NCBI GenBank assembly: GCA_905178155.1
Contig: CAJINV010000007.1
Coordinates: forward strand, 3,738,265 to 3,802,264
Reading direction: 5' to 3'
Source of the DNA: Amoebophrya sp. A120
Taxonomy: Eukaryota > Protista > Dinoflagellata
Length of the DNA stretch: 64,000 nucleotides
Positions 12,001 through 27,000 of the stretch are shown piece by piece. Each line of letters begins with the position of its first letter. Within the stretch, counting starts at the first letter, position 1. The position numbers and the translations under genes are program-made. Under the pieces are notes generated by a model. That model was given only the letters and a program-made list of their open reading frames with translations. It was not told the DNA's origin and ran no database searches.

Positions 12001-15000
12001 TAGTACCTGGTGATCCGAATTACAGCAAGGGGGCCTCCTTCTTCCCGGAGGAGTCACCTTTCTCCACCGCACGGGAATCCGAACAGCAACTCTCCAGCTC
12101 TTTCGAAACCGCGGACTCGAAATTGCCCTCGGCGAGTTCCGCCGTCAGTTCGGCCAACGAGGAAGATGAACTACAGGTGAAAAATCCCTCCGGAAGTAGT
12201 GGTGACAGTATGAAGTTCTCCGAGGCCGACGATGGCGGGTACGACTTGAAAAAGAGAAAACTCGACCAAGAAGCGCTGCAGAACCTGAACCTTAATCAGG
12301 GTGCAGCCGCAAGCTCCAGCATCTCTTTCGCGACCAGTGGTGCCGGATTTTACAACAACGAGGACCAGAGCAAAAATAACGTAACAGGGGCGATGGATCA
12401 GTACCAGATCCTGCATGGCCAACCGTCTTCTAGAATGAACAAATACAACTACGACTTCATGGTGCACACAGCTTCGGATTTGCATCAAATGTCGATGGAG
12501 CTGGGCCATGAGAAGAACGACTTCCTCGAAGTACTGCTAAGGACAGCTGGCGAAGCCAGCAGTTCATCGAACAATACCGGTCTTGTTCACGCGATTGCAT
12601 CACAGAAAGACCGGGATGCAATTCTTGATGAGTTGCGAAAGCCGGCGGCGCACGAGAACCGTGATCAGCACGTTCCTTCTTGCTCCGTCGACACCTCTTT
12701 CGAACCGGACTTTGCACTGCGGCTAGCCGAATCCCTTTTCCTGGTCCAATATCTGCCGAACCCCCTGATTTACAACGATTTCGACGGAACGACTTCGCCC
12801 GGCTCGGTTTTGGATCGAAATTTCTACGCGCGCTGCCTGCTGTACGGGTCAGACGTGATTAAGAAGATTAAACAGGAAAAACCCCAAACGCGGAACAATC
12901 CCTGCGAAGTGGTGAACAAGTTTGTCTCCCGGATTTTGGACGACTACTACTTGGTGCAGGAGATCGTTCACGACGCACCCACCAGCAGTCAGAGACAGGC
13001 CGAAGCCGCGTCCTTCCAGTGCCGGCTGGATTCCGCCATGCCCGTGGATGTGGAGCTCAGGAGAGAATTTGAAAGAAGTTACGGCACCGAGGATGAGAGA
13101 CAAAACAAGGACAACATCGAGTGCAACTTGCTGGAATCGCCGACCTACTTGATCAATCAAGCGGCCTACGTGGCGTCCAGCGAAGTGAATGTGCCCATCC
13201 TGTTGAAGCACCAGCAAAACATCTTTGACGTTTACCACCAAGACTTGCAGGCGAAGATGTTGAAGGAGCATAAGGCTGCTGCGCAAGGAGTAGATGTAGA
13301 TCTTAGAGCAGCAAGTGGAAAGAACAAGCGTGCTGGTGTTCGTGGATCTGCATCTACAACTTCGGCCAACATTTTTCCTTCGAACAAACAGGCCCGCGTG
13401 TGGCCGAGCTGCAAGGACGGTGCGAGATTGCACCAAGCGCTAGATCCGGAGCTGCAAGCGGTGAAGATCACCAACGCCGAAGTATTGCGGTTTCTGCTGG
13501 AGGAAATCGCGTTGAACCTCCTGAATGTTGCCTCCAAACACGATTTTTGGACGTCCGCGTTTCTGAAATCGCAGACCACAAGCAGTACCAGCTCCAGCAT
13601 GGTGGGGACGCAGACATCCGGGTACCCATTGGAGACGTTTTACCACCTGTTGTCCGTCACGCTCGCTGATCCGGATTGTATCTTGCAGGAGCAGTTGATG
13701 GCCCAGCGGGAGAACTCCCGGGGGGAAAACGCCGACCTGTTCAACGGGGGAAATGGGGAGTACGCGAGTGTATCAAATGCAAAAATGCCTGGGTCTGGAA
13801 GATTTCTAGATTTGTCATGCATATTTTCCATGACCCATGATGTCTGTGATGCATGCCGCAGCATCACAGATTTTTAGAGCGCTTTGCGATACCTCTACCG
13901 CATGAGAAACGCCCTCTCCGCGTAGCGCAAACTGGAGTCCTCTTGCTGGTCATGCAATGCAAATTTTTTCAGAATCCAGAGACAGCATTACAAGTTTAGA
14001 ATGTTCCAGACACAGACACTTTTGCATTTGATAGAGTGGGTTCGGAAACAACAATGAAACCGCTGCGTCCAGTCCGGCAGATGGTGTCGCGGCTTCCAGC
14101 CCGGTTGACAAATTAGAAACGGAGAAAGAGCTGGTGGAAATCTGGAACGTTTTACCGGCGGACTTTTTTGCTGGAGAAAGAAAAGGAGAGCAGGGGATGA
14201 GCAGTGACAGTGAAGACGATCGTGCTGCTTCTATGCAGGATAAAAGGCATAATTCTGCCTCTTCGTTCAACAATATTCTCGACGAGGAGGAGCAAGATGA
14301 AGATCACGAGCAAGCAATCTTACTCGCGATAAACACCAGCTCCATCACTCGTGCCTCGCAGCAGCGGCCGTCCGCCATGTCGGCAGCGTCTAATTCCGCG
14401 AACCGAATCCAGCTCAACCAGTCGCAGTGCGTTGCCCGCGAAACCAGGATGGCTTTCTGCTTGAAGCGCCAGCTCGTGCAGATCCTGGCCGGGGGGAGAT
14501 TTTCGCGTTCGGAACTCGAGGCCATTGTGCAGACGCAGTATCCAGACAGGATTTGGCAAAAAGTGTTGCCGGAAATTTCGGATTCCGTTTGGTCCTTCGA
14601 CACAAAACAGCTGAAATCTACCGCCCGAGGGGGCGGCGCGGTGACCACGGCAAGCTCGCCGCAGAATGAAGACGAAGAGGTGGCGAATAAGGACGAGAAG
14701 AAATTGTACTACATGCTGAAGAAATCTTCAGGTGCCGCAGGTTCTGGTGGATCATCTGGCGACGCAAAGAACATAAACAGTTCCAGTATAGAAGTCAAAC
14801 CCGCCGTATCCACAGAAAAAAACCCATCCACATCCATTTTTTGCATGACAAACACAGGACTTGGTACGTGTTTTGCATCACAAATTGGATGTGGATGGGT
14901 TTGTTTCTGTGGATACGCCGACCTCTACGACGCCGCTTACAACCAGTTTTTGATCCCGAAGCAGAAGCGCACGGAAAACTTGGTGGAACGTGCGACCGAA

Positions 15001-18000
15001 AATTTAACGAGGGTGAACGCCGCGATGCTGGGGCTGGACCCGAAAACCTGGTTTAGGGACTACACGCATGATGAAAATCTTCGTGATGCTGATTCTACAA
15101 ATTATCCAATGGCTTCATTACTGAACAACAGCTCGTCCGAGGACGAAGAAGCCTTCCATGGAGTTGGACCAGGTGCGGAAAATAGCGCTGACGCAGCTGC
15201 ACTGCTCGACCAGAACAGTACGGGTGCCTCCACACCGGTCCGGAAAAAGCGCAAGGTGTTGAAGATGATAAACCAAGAAAAGCAAGCTCGCGGCCCCGTA
15301 TCGGACGATGATGTTGATGGCGACAACGACCCAATGGACGTTGATGACGTTGACTCTTCTGGAATGTTGAAAAAGACCGCAAAAACTGTCCTTCTCTCCC
15401 AGCAAACTATCTGGGAAAGCATCCGACAGAGGAGATTCAAGCTTTTGAGAGAAAGCATCTCAGGACACGTTGCAAAAACGAGCACCAGCAGCACCTCCGC
15501 GGGTGCAACAGAGCCAGCTGTTCCTTCTGAGCAACAGCCTCCATGGCCCCTGTCGGACACGAACTCCAGCTGGGCGATTCTCCTGCTCTTGGCCGCCGGG
15601 TGTCCGAACTCGGAATGTCTGCAACCGCACGTGCTCAAGCTGATCGACGCGTGTCGCCCGGCGTTTGCCGCCAATGAGCGCGTGGATTGCAATTTCCAGC
15701 GGGTTCTGGTCCACTCTCTGGCAATGGACAAGCCCGCTGGGAAGCTGAATTCCAAAGTCTGCTTGCAAACGGGAAGAAGCTTGAGTACCGGGGGGATGGT
15801 CATGAACGGTGCCAGTTTTCATCATGTTCGTCCTCACGCGGGGTCGTCCGGAGGCGGTGCAGCTTCTGCAGGCGGAAATAGATTTCCCCCGCCACCGAGC
15901 ACGTCAACAACTCCAATAAACAGGTTGAATCTATTCCAACCTGGGCCCCCGCATCAAGGCGAGCCGTATCGTGACAGAGCGGGCACCGCAAGCACCGAGG
16001 GGGATCCGTCAACGTTGGAAGAGAGCCGGCAGAGGTTACGCGACCTGGTGCGGAGCACCAGGAATGGTCTCAGCTGGGAAGCAGACGAAGACGAGCTAGT
16101 ACAAGGAAGTTCTTCTACCGCAGCTGCTGGTGGTCCCAACTACACGACCGGCGCAGCTTCTGCGCCACGACCACTTGGGGAGCAAGCGAGTACTTCTAGC
16201 AATGGCGCGGCTGGTTTCTTTGACCAGCAAATAAACGAGCCCAAACCTCTGCCCGCCCCGCCGAACAGCACAGGCGGGGTGGTTCGGATCGCGTGCATTC
16301 CGTTGAAGCAAAATTTGGTAGAGCAGGACCTGGTGAAGGAGTCGCAACAGCATCCGAGAGCTCCCGGAGCCGTGCGGCTCTCCACGTATCTGGAGCAACG
16401 GGAAAACGTCTTCGGAGGCATCTTGCACGACGGGAAAACAAATGAGAAAAAAAGGCTGTTGGAGGTGGCGGAGCAAGAGCAACCTAGAAGTAGAACATCT
16501 TCTTATTTTCCATCGAACGCGGAAGCGATAGTGCAACATACCTCGAATTTAGCGAGAAACGCTGCGGTAAGGAAGTTTTTTGAGCAGTTCGAAGATTGCT
16601 GTCGGGAGAAGGAAGCCGTTGCCTTTCGCTTGACCCTGTACCTGCTGATGCAGAAAAAAATGAAAGCAAAACTGGGCCGCGCATCCTCTAGTACTGCGGG
16701 AACAAGTACAACTATTAAAGGAGCTACTAGTACTAGCAGCACTGCTGGAATTACTAGTACAACAGGCGGGCGGTCTTTGATCACGAGCCACACGATGTCA
16801 CAACTTCAGCAGAACGTGGTCGACAAGAAGGGGTTCACCGTGAAAGTGAGTTGCGTGAAGAGCAATCACGACCAAAACGTAAACGGTACAAGCGAGGAGG
16901 AGGACTCCGTTCGAAACATGACCTATGATGTCGACAAGGAGCACGAACACCTACGCCAGCAGCCTTATAAAAACAGTGATATCTTCGACGATGACGCAAG
17001 CACAAGCAGCGGTCCACTCCAAATCGGTGACTTGATTTTCGTAGACCATCAGTCTGACTTTGCGAGTTTTGCAGTGCAAAACCGAAAGCCACGAGCGGCG
17101 GAGGTTCATCTTGCACGTACAGCTCTATCTTCGTCGGACAGGAGCAAGAGTCAGGCTCTTCGAGGACTTGCGCAAGTGGACGAAGAGGACCACACAGTAT
17201 CAACTTCCTTCACGTTCTTCGAGAACCCAAAAGTAGACTACTATACCGGCGACGGAACGACCCCGAGGACGGGCAGCTGCACCAGCGACTTTACAGGAAT
17301 GACCTCCTCGTCCTCGAACAAGATGAGCATGAGCAACTTCCTTCTCCGGCCCAACGCGATCGAAGCGACCGTGTTGACCTCGCAAATTTTCTCCAACCTG
17401 TCCTTTGCCGCTCGGAGTTGCCAGGAGTACTCGGAGGTCGATGCGTTGCTCCAAAAAGCCGAGCAGTTTTTCGAGGACAATGGGTTTGACACGCTGCGGG
17501 ACATCTTGGAATTCTACAACCAAGAGGAAGATGCGCAGTACTACGCTCTGGTACAACAAGCAAACGAAAATCAGGAGGAACTGGCGATGAAAGCGGGACA
17601 AGATGTCGGCACGAGGAGTGCAGGCGCTGCGGCGGGCGTAGCTCTCGGTGGAGCTGCAGGGGGTAGTACCAGTAGTAGGACGAACAAAATCTTCTCCGCT
17701 GGCACGGCAGCTGCGCAGCAAGACAGTACCTCTCGAGCCACGACTTCTATTGCCGCGGAAAACAAGAACAGGGCTTCTACGGTCGCTGCCCCAGGACTAC
17801 AATGGGACGAAGAGTCCCTGCAGAAGATAAATCGCAATCGCCCTACCTCGACCTTGGGAGTGAGGGAAGAGAAGCTTTTCCGTTTCACGGTGAGGCAGCA
17901 GATCGCAGCCTACCTGAAAGGGTGGCAGATGGAGCAAATTCCCGGGGCGAAGCAGCTCTGGGACCGGTGCGGGAAGGAGTTGTTTTTCGTGCCGCAATTT

Positions 18001-21000
18001 TTGGACCAAAGCCAAGAGGAAGGTGCATCGTCAAAGTTGAACAAAGCGCGACATAGCAACAAGTCGTCGGTGAACGGAAGTCCAAAGGAGGAGGCGAGAG
18101 ATGAAAGTAGAAAAAGGGGCGACGAAAACAATGATCGTCCAGACTTCGGTCCACAAGTGGCAGTGCCGAAAAATAATAATGGACTGACGCCGGCGGTCCC
18201 TCAGGCGGCCGTCGGAGAAGCGGGGACAAGAATTGGAGCAACGACCAGAGGACAAGATCAATCCTCTTCGGTTTCTCCATCGAAACCTCCGACAGAGCAA
18301 AAACGAACCGGGTTTCTCGGTAGTCTGTTCAATGCGGTTTTCCCTGGTGGCACTGCATCGACCGCAGCAGAATCCAACACGGGATTGAAACTCGTCGATC
18401 ACAGTTCGGTAGCGACCAGCGGAACTGTTGGACCTTCTACATCGACACTATCTAGCACTTCTGCCGATCAGGTTGCGAACAGCGAAATCCAAACCACCGC
18501 GAGCGGAACTTCCGTTCCTTCATCCACAGCGGCGAGCAGTGCCTCGACTGCCGGAGCATCAACAGCACAGGCCGCTGGTGCTGCCGCTGCGTCAGGGCTT
18601 AGTACAAGAACTGTTGCGGGCGCCGGGGGTACTTCCTCGGCGTCAGCAGCTCAGGCCGGCACGGATGGTGTAGAACATAATCCCGCAGGAGCTGCTGCAA
18701 AAGTTGGGTCTAAGTCGGCCGGTGTTCTTGAGAAAGAGCAGTCGAAGAGTGCAGCAAAATCTGCGGACCAGACTCTGGAAGACAAGAAAGCCAAGGCCAA
18801 GAAGCGGCAGGAGGCCATGCTCAAGAAGATGAAACAGAAGCAAGCCAACTTCATGAATAATACCGAGACAGCGAAGCAGCAAGCGGCCTCCGGGACGAAA
18901 AATTCATCTGGTGGTGCTGGGGAAAATAAAACTGCCACAGCTCCATCTCCCCCGTCCGATGACGAGGAAGACGAGCTGACGTGCTGCATCTGTCGTGTCG
19001 GCGTGCAGACGGCGCACAAGTACAACAATTCATCTTCTGGCGGTGGACCGGAGGAGCTCCACGACGTGGCGGGATACCTCAGTCTCTTCGAAACCCGTGG
19101 CGCCGGCCCGGGCAGCTTTTTGAACAAAGAAGGAGGGTGCTTGTCTTTGACGTCATGCAACCATGTGGCGCATTTGGAATGCTTGAAGAACTACTATGCA
19201 ATGCAAAAGCGTCGTACTAGTATAAATTGCATTTTTACAAATTAGCCAGGCATATACAAATTTGCAATGCTGACTTACCTTGAAAAAGAGATTTGTAAAG
19301 CCCATAAATGCAATTACTAGGACTACGATACTTTTGCACAGGATAAATACCTTCGCGAGACAAAGCCGAACGCAAACAACACGCGCACCCAGGAACTGTA
19401 TTTTTATGCCCAGGAAAACAACGAGTTCGCGTGCCCTTTGTGCCGGTCCGTCTGCAACGGACTGCTACCGTTGAACGAGCCGATTTGCATGGATTGCGAC
19501 GTGGGACACAACCAGGATCTTAGAAAGTTGTTCGACGAAAATTTCGCCCAGCTGACCAAAGAAACGGAGGTGCTGTTGCAAACCGGGCTCGAAGTTTCAA
19601 AGGCAAACGGATTGATAATGATGTCAACGTCTTCCTCAGCAGGTGACGTGGTTTCCAGCACGAATGCGAATGGTGAAGCCGGTACAGAAGTTGCCGCGCC
19701 GTCAGGGACAACTACAACCTCCTCCACTACACAGCAACTAGTGCCCGCCACTGCACAACACGCAGCGGCGAGTTCTTCAAGTTTCCACATCTACCCGCTC
19801 TCCTTCCAGCTGGAAAACTTGTACTTAAGATCCAAAGCGGATTCCGTAGTCTCGTGCTTCGACCCGGGGCGCAGTACTAGTAAGGGGATTCAGTACAATG
19901 CAGCTATGAGCAGTGCCCTCAATTATCCGTATCCAGATTTTGAACCAGCTGCAGGGGACCCCTTTTACAGTGCGCGACCAGGACAACATCAACAAGGTGG
20001 GGCAGCAGCACCGAAGAAAACATCCAGGCGGGGGACCAAGGACCAAGACGGCCTTCAGATGCCTGATAGTAAGGACATAAAATACCCCCTGCGAATGAAC
20101 TCGCCCCTCTTCTACATGGCAGCCTCGCTGGAAATGTGGCCGCACGATATTGCGCGGAATCTCATCTTCCCCCCAGGGGAACTGGTTGACGAGGTACAGG
20201 AGCTCCCGCGAGGGGTGGAGCAAACCGCACTGCAACTAAACGGGAAGAAGTCACCCGGAGTTCTCGGAGCAGCTACGAAGAGCAGCAGTCCCCCGTACGA
20301 AGAAGTTCGGTTGTGGCACAATCGAAGACAGGAGTCCCTGCGGAAACGGCGACACTATCTGGAGTCCGGAATGATTCTCCAGTACGACCTGTCTCTCTTC
20401 CTCACCTGCCCCGACCGGTCGTGGCCGGACTGCCACCCAGAAACCGACTTCAACACGTATCTGATCCCCGAGCCCGCGAAGAAGGGGACGGCTGGGAAAA
20501 AGGTGAAGAAATCTTCGGTGAGCTACGAGGATGGCAGCTACTCGGACGCGGAAGAGAACTTGGAAGAGGCTTTGAACGAATTCGAAACCATGGTGGAGCG
20601 GGTCGCGAACGAAATGAACGTGCCGACAGCCGGGCTAACAACTGGTACCAGCACGGGAACGGACAATCAGGGCGGTGGAGCTGGAGGTGCACTGGATGGC
20701 ACGTCAACACCTCTACAAGATCCCGAGTTCCCAAGTGGAGGCCAGTCCGGGGCAGCTGCGACAGGAACGATAAATAAGGCGGGTAGCCGAAAACTACAGC
20801 TGAAGCAGCTGAACACCGAAGCTGCCAGTCGAAAACGCGCCATTCGCCCCCTGTTCTACCGCCCCACGACCGCCGCCGGCACGGTCTATGTGGAGGACAA
20901 CATGCCCGACCCGATGACGCGGGATGCGAAGGAGATCTATGCGTTGCACTTGCACTCCCTAACCCAGTTACCGCAGCGCCTCGAGATGCTGACGCCGTGG

Positions 21001-24000
21001 AACTGCCTGCACAGCTTTGTGGAAGAGTTGAAGCTCCGGATGCATGTCTTGCCCCACAGTTTGCGCGACGAAAACAGTGCCGAAAGTTCCAGCACGAGCC
21101 CTTTCTTCACGCACATTTTGCGGAATTTGTTGGGTCTCTCCAGCGCGTTGCTCTACTTCCAAACCTACTCCCCGCAGTTCGGGGCCAGGCAGAACTGGCT
21201 CAGCAATCAGAAGTTGGCGAACATTCTTTGGAAGTACCTGTACCGAGATGTGATCGCCGGGGATTTCATTGAACTAGACAGCGACGAAGATTTTTTGTCA
21301 CCCGAAAACACTCTCCCACTTCGCGGATCCTCGTTGGAAAAAGAACCCAAAGCTCCGAAGTTTTTGGTCCCGAATTATTCGGAAGAGGAGTTCGAGGAAC
21401 TGCGAAAGGTGGTCAACAGGTACCTCGATGGTACCACTTCAACTTCTGACGAGCAGGCTTGTTCAAAGAAGGAAAGAACGTCTTCTGCTGAGGATAGAGG
21501 CAGCAGCGGTGTTTTGGCGGTGAAAGTAGAAAATGGGAAGGATGAGGAACATCGTCCTGGTGCGGATGTTAATAACCTTCTTGACAGCAAGAAAACTCCC
21601 GATGCCGGAATATTAAATGGTCCCAATGCAGCCAAAGACGTCAACAAAAATATTGACACGACGACAGAGGCGGGAGCCAGGATACAGGAGTACCAAGCCA
21701 GATTTGATCGCGCCGATAGTTCTGGCAACTCGAATGCGGATTTTCTTGCGGCTGCTGCGCAAAACCCTCCAGTACCACTACCCCTCGCCGAGATGGCTCG
21801 GCGTCGCCAGCGTGATAATTCGCCGAGTTCCGTGAAAGCCAATCGGGGCTCCAGCTTCGAGACGGAGAGGAACGCATCAAGTACCCGAAACGACAATAAA
21901 TACGACTCCGACGCCGGTGGCGACCTCGCAGCTGCACCAAGAAACGAAGATGCGGCGTGGCTAAACACCACTTCTGCGTGGCTAGACACCACTTCTCTGC
22001 CGCCGGACGGCATGTACCCACCGCCACCTCCGCCACCCGAAGCTCCTGGAAATAATAAAACCGGCACGACGCCCCCTCCGCAGTTGACAAAAACGCCCAT
22101 TGCGACGATTGCGCTGAAGAAAAATATCTACGACATTCTGGTCTGGTACCCGCGCGCGCTCGAGAAGCCGGATGACTTGCGCACGTCCCGGAACAACCTG
22201 CTCAGCAGTTCTTTCACAGCGGCGGGCAGCGACGGCGTCCACAATTTGCAGAATCGCGCGCGCAACCGGTCCGGAAGTTACAGCTTTCATTTGCGGAGCC
22301 GCAAAGGTTCCGCAAGCTCGATTCGGGGGACGAACAATCCTGCCGCAGGTGGCATTGGCGCGCAGGCGGCGGCGCAGTACGATCAGGCGGTGAGGGAGAA
22401 TAATCAACAGCAGCAACCCAACCGAAGGCTCTCAGGGAGGAACGCGGTTGTACCCGATCCAGAAACCGGCGCTCCCGCGACGAACAATGGCGCCGCGCCC
22501 GGTTTCGGGTTGAGTGGACTTGGGCCCAGGGGCGGGTTTTTTGTCGCGACGCCCGGCGGGCCCGGGAGCCTTCCCGGCGGAGTGCCCGGAGGAAGTTCTT
22601 CAGAGGCGGGTAACATTCACAACACCTCGAACGTCGATCCCTGGAACTTGCAAAGCCACCTATGCATTGCAAAAGTATCGTACTAGTATAAATCGCAATA
22701 CAAATTTTTCCAGAAGGAAAAATAAATGGAATTTGTAATGCTGATTTCGCTAAGAAACAAGATTTGTCATGCATGCTTGCAATTAGTACGAGCACGATAC
22801 TTTTGCACAGGATACCACCTGTTTGACGACGATTTCGACATGGACCAACTCCAGCCCGATCATCTATCCGAGGCCCACCTATGGATTGCAAAAATGTCTG
22901 GGTCTGGAAGAATGCGCGATTTGTCATGCAGCTTTTTCATGACCCATGAGGTCTGGAATGCAGGACCTAGCATGACAGATTCTGCGCGATCTCTCTCATG
23001 CCTATCCTGCATGAGAAACTCCCTCCCGACTTGGTCAAAACTGGACGACTTTTGGTGATCATGCAACACAGATTTTTGCATGCTTCAGATTTAGCATGAC
23101 AAGTTGCATTCCTCCAGACCCAGACACTGCTACATTTGATACCACCGCGCCCACAGCGACGCCTTCTGGAAGCCCATCCGCCTGGGGAGCGAGTTTTTCC
23201 ATTCCCTACCCCTCCGCGCGCAGCACTGGCTGCTGATCGACAAGGCGATGGAGGTGCTGATGGTGCACTGCGACCTGAACCTGGGGACGAACTACCTCGC
23301 CGGCACCGGGATCGGGTCCAGTTACAGCAGTGCCTACGATCACTACCTGGATTGCTTACCTGAAGACGTGCCGTTTGCTGGCCTCGGCGCGGCGGGTAGC
23401 GACTCGAAACACGACGTGCCCGATAGCCGAGTGATGAACACGATGAAACTGTTTGCTGAGTTGGTAGAAAAAGCAAGCACAAGCGGGTTCAAGAACAGCA
23501 GCGATTTGAGGGCGTTCTTACTGGAAAGAATGAAAAAGGCTTGGATAGTTGGGGGGAATATAACCGAAGCTGAGAAGGCCGCTGCTGGGCGGGAGGGAGT
23601 GAAAAGCGAAGATAGTACTAAAGTGAAAGTAGCAGTAGAAGCAGACGAACAGAAAGCGGAACATCTTCAGCAAGCGTCTTCTAGTAGTAGCAGCAGCTCA
23701 AGTAGTAGCGCAGCTGTGAAAGAAGACGTAGCCACAGTATCCGCACCACCGCGGTCTTCACCATCGAGAGAAGCAATAGAAAACAGACAAGTTCCAAGAA
23801 CGACCGTCAGCGAGATCACGTTTGACACCTTTCACTCCGACCTGGTGCAGGGCATGGGCGACGATCGCCCGCTTACCTTGTTGGAAGTCGTAGCTGCGGA
23901 CGAGCCCAATGCGGGCGCGAAGGTTGCTCCTGGTGCGAAGGAAGGAAAAGGGATGAAGGAGCCCATTGACAAAAGAACTCGCACAGCAGCTTCTGCGCAA

Positions 24001-27000
24001 AATAAACAGTACTACATTTGCGGCGGGCTGAACAAAACCGACGTGAAGAGTAACAACACCGTCCCGATGCAGTTGACCCGCAAGGCACTGCAGTACCTTT
24101 CGAAGTCCATGTCGGTCTTTCTGACCGCGAGCGGCAGGGCAAAGACCGAGTCGGAAGATGCGGCTCTGACCATCGATAGCAACGACGGGTTTTCCTGCTT
24201 GTTAGCACACCACTCCTTCGACTTGAAGCGGTTGCTGGTGTGGTTCCTGCAGTTCTACAACACTTTATCGATTTACAAGGGGCGGGAAAAAAAGAAGGTA
24301 GAAAAGGGACGAGGAGCGGGTGAGTCGAGTAACGGTTGTACTGGGCTGGGCAACGATGATGCAGCTATGAACTACGACGGCGACGTCGATCTTGCACATT
24401 TTGAGCCACGACGGCCGAAGACAGCGGTACCGCTGGAACTCGAAGTTTCTCCCGACGATTTGTTGGACCGGAATATAGAAGGAACTGGTGACCAAAAAAC
24501 TGTCGCACACGTACCGACGACTGTGCAGTTGGAGACTGTGCCCTGGAAGACAAGGATCGTCGCCGAGCCGCGAGCCTTGTCGAAGGAAGCACTAGACACC
24601 GCACAATTAGGGGGACCACCTCCTCCAGTAGGAACTACTTCTTCTGCGCAAATATTAGGCGGAGGCTCGGCTTCCTCATCTTCCTCCTCGTCTCAGCATG
24701 TGCTTCCAGTAGTTCCAGTGAACCTGACCGGGCAAGAGTTCTTTTCGGGGCCCCTGTACACTGAAAACGGGCCGGTGCGGATCGAAGCAGGAGCAGACCT
24801 TCGGCAAGGTCGTGGCTTCAATGCTGGAGGAGACCTCGCAGGAACATCATCATCAACTACAGGCCACCGCCCCGGCGCCGCTGGCGCCAGCAGCGCGAGC
24901 CCGGCCCACGCCACCGATGAATCGGAGGCCGGGAACTCCATGGAAACGCCACAGCACATGGAGGTGGACGAAAATGCCCGGCCGGAATACTACGAGGAGC
25001 TGCAGGAGAACGAGTTGCGGGGTAACGAGGAACTCCTCGAGGAATACAATATGCAATGCAAAAGTATCTGTATCGTACTACTACTACTAGTAGGAATTGC
25101 ATGACAATTTTTTCTATAGGAGAAAAATAAAATTTCTCATGCAGATTCAGGTAAGCAAGCATAAGCAAAAATCTGTAATGCTATACGACTTTTGCAATGC
25201 ATATACAAGACCGACAAGCAAAAGGCCAAGGCAGAGCTTCTGCAGAAGCCGCGCTTCCTCGTCGAAACCCTGGAGACGCGATTTTCAGAAAAGGACAATC
25301 CGATTTACAAGCTCATGTTCAAACAGCACTGGCTGAAGCTTTTGCTAAAGCACCAGTTTGCGCAAAACTGGTCGCTGTTCGTCGACCGATTAGCGAGGCA
25401 AGCAACGGTGGACCCAATTCTGACGCCCGAGGCGTTTACCGCGCAAATGGAGCACCCCGGATTTGCGTCGAAGGAGGGATTTTGCCACGACCCAGACGTG
25501 CACCCGGCCCCGAACGGCATGCCCACGGCGGCGGTGCGGAAACTTTTTACCGCATTTAAGGGGTGTCAGGCGGGGAAACAAGCAGCGAGGGAGGAGGAAG
25601 GGAAGCCAAAAGAAGCACAGCAGCAGGTGGAAAATGAAACTAAGTCAAGTAAGAATGAGAAAACCAAATCTCCGGCGAAAGATACGAATCCTGACGGAGC
25701 TGCACCCGCTTGTTCAAGTGACCAGCCAGAGCAGAAATCTTTTCTCGCACAAGGAGCCCCGGCTTTCTTCGCAGACGTAAACGATCTTCGCGAGCTGGTT
25801 GACATCGACTACGGCGAAGGGGAAACCTACGCAGCCGACGAGGGCTATTGCGGCAAGCGGTTCTACGAGGAGCACGCGTTCCAGTCCCACATCGCGCAAG
25901 TCACCGCCATGTACTTCCAAAAGTGTCTGACCGAAGATGGTGTTTCCGTGGAGGAGGCGGCACAGGATTTCCTGCCGCATGCTTGTGACGAGTCGATTGT
26001 GTTCGTCGTGGATAAAGACCAACTTGCAAAATGTAGTACAACTAAAACGACTGGTGGATCGGGAACTACTACAAGCACGGAACTACACCAGCAGGAGGAC
26101 AACTGGCGCGCGTTTTTCCAGCTGCAGCGGGGGTTGTACCAGCAGATTATGATCACGGAAGAGGAGTTTTTCGACTACTGTGTGGAAACCATGACGGATT
26201 TGCTGCAGTTCGCGGCCTGGACGTGGCACAGCGTCACCGGGGCTTTTGACACCCGAAACCGGACGAAGCTGGCCTTTCTATCGGACAACCTCAGCGCGAG
26301 CTCCGCCGTGGACCGGTACAAGGGGTTGCTCGAGGTTTTCGGCATGGAATCCGACCCGGACATGTGGCGGTTTGCGATCCGGAAGTCGCACTTCTCGCAA
26401 CACAATCAGGTCGGCCAGGGCAAACTGGTCTTCGAGAGAAATCGCGCGAAAGCGGAGCAGAGCTACGTCGAGTTGATGCAGCGCAGCATGCGGAAAACCA
26501 GACCGCAACTGGATGAGGAATTCGAGGAGAGAAGGAGAAGTCGAGACTTGATTGGGACCAGGTCCCGTCTGACTAGCACCCTCGAGGAGCAGGATCAACA
26601 GAACAGAAACGCAGGAGGAGGTGGAGCCTCCTCGTCCTCTTCATCAGCACCAAATAAAGCAGTTGATCTCGTGGAAATAAATGCTGAAACGAAGACCACC
26701 AAAAAGCCCGGCGCCGACGAAATAAATACTACCGGAGATAATTCCACGAACCTCGTGCCGACGCCGAGCCCAAACGCTTCCACCAATCCCTTTCTGCTTC
26801 CCGACCACAGGCGTGAGGGCTACAAAGAGCTTCTCAAGTACTACATGAACACGGAGAACTCGATTTTCGACGACACCTTCGGCTACCGCCCCCCGGGCCA
26901 GTTCTTTACGTATTGGCAGGCCGCGACCACGCTGTTCGGCAACACGAGCGGAACAACAGCTGCGCAGTCCTGGTCTAACATCAATTTCGACGACTGCAAC

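Noticed and set aside
8652-23081. Recurrent peptide HDKSRNLPDPDIFAFD in several small ORFs
   Set aside because: Translation of the family-B element end, found on either strand; not a protein family.
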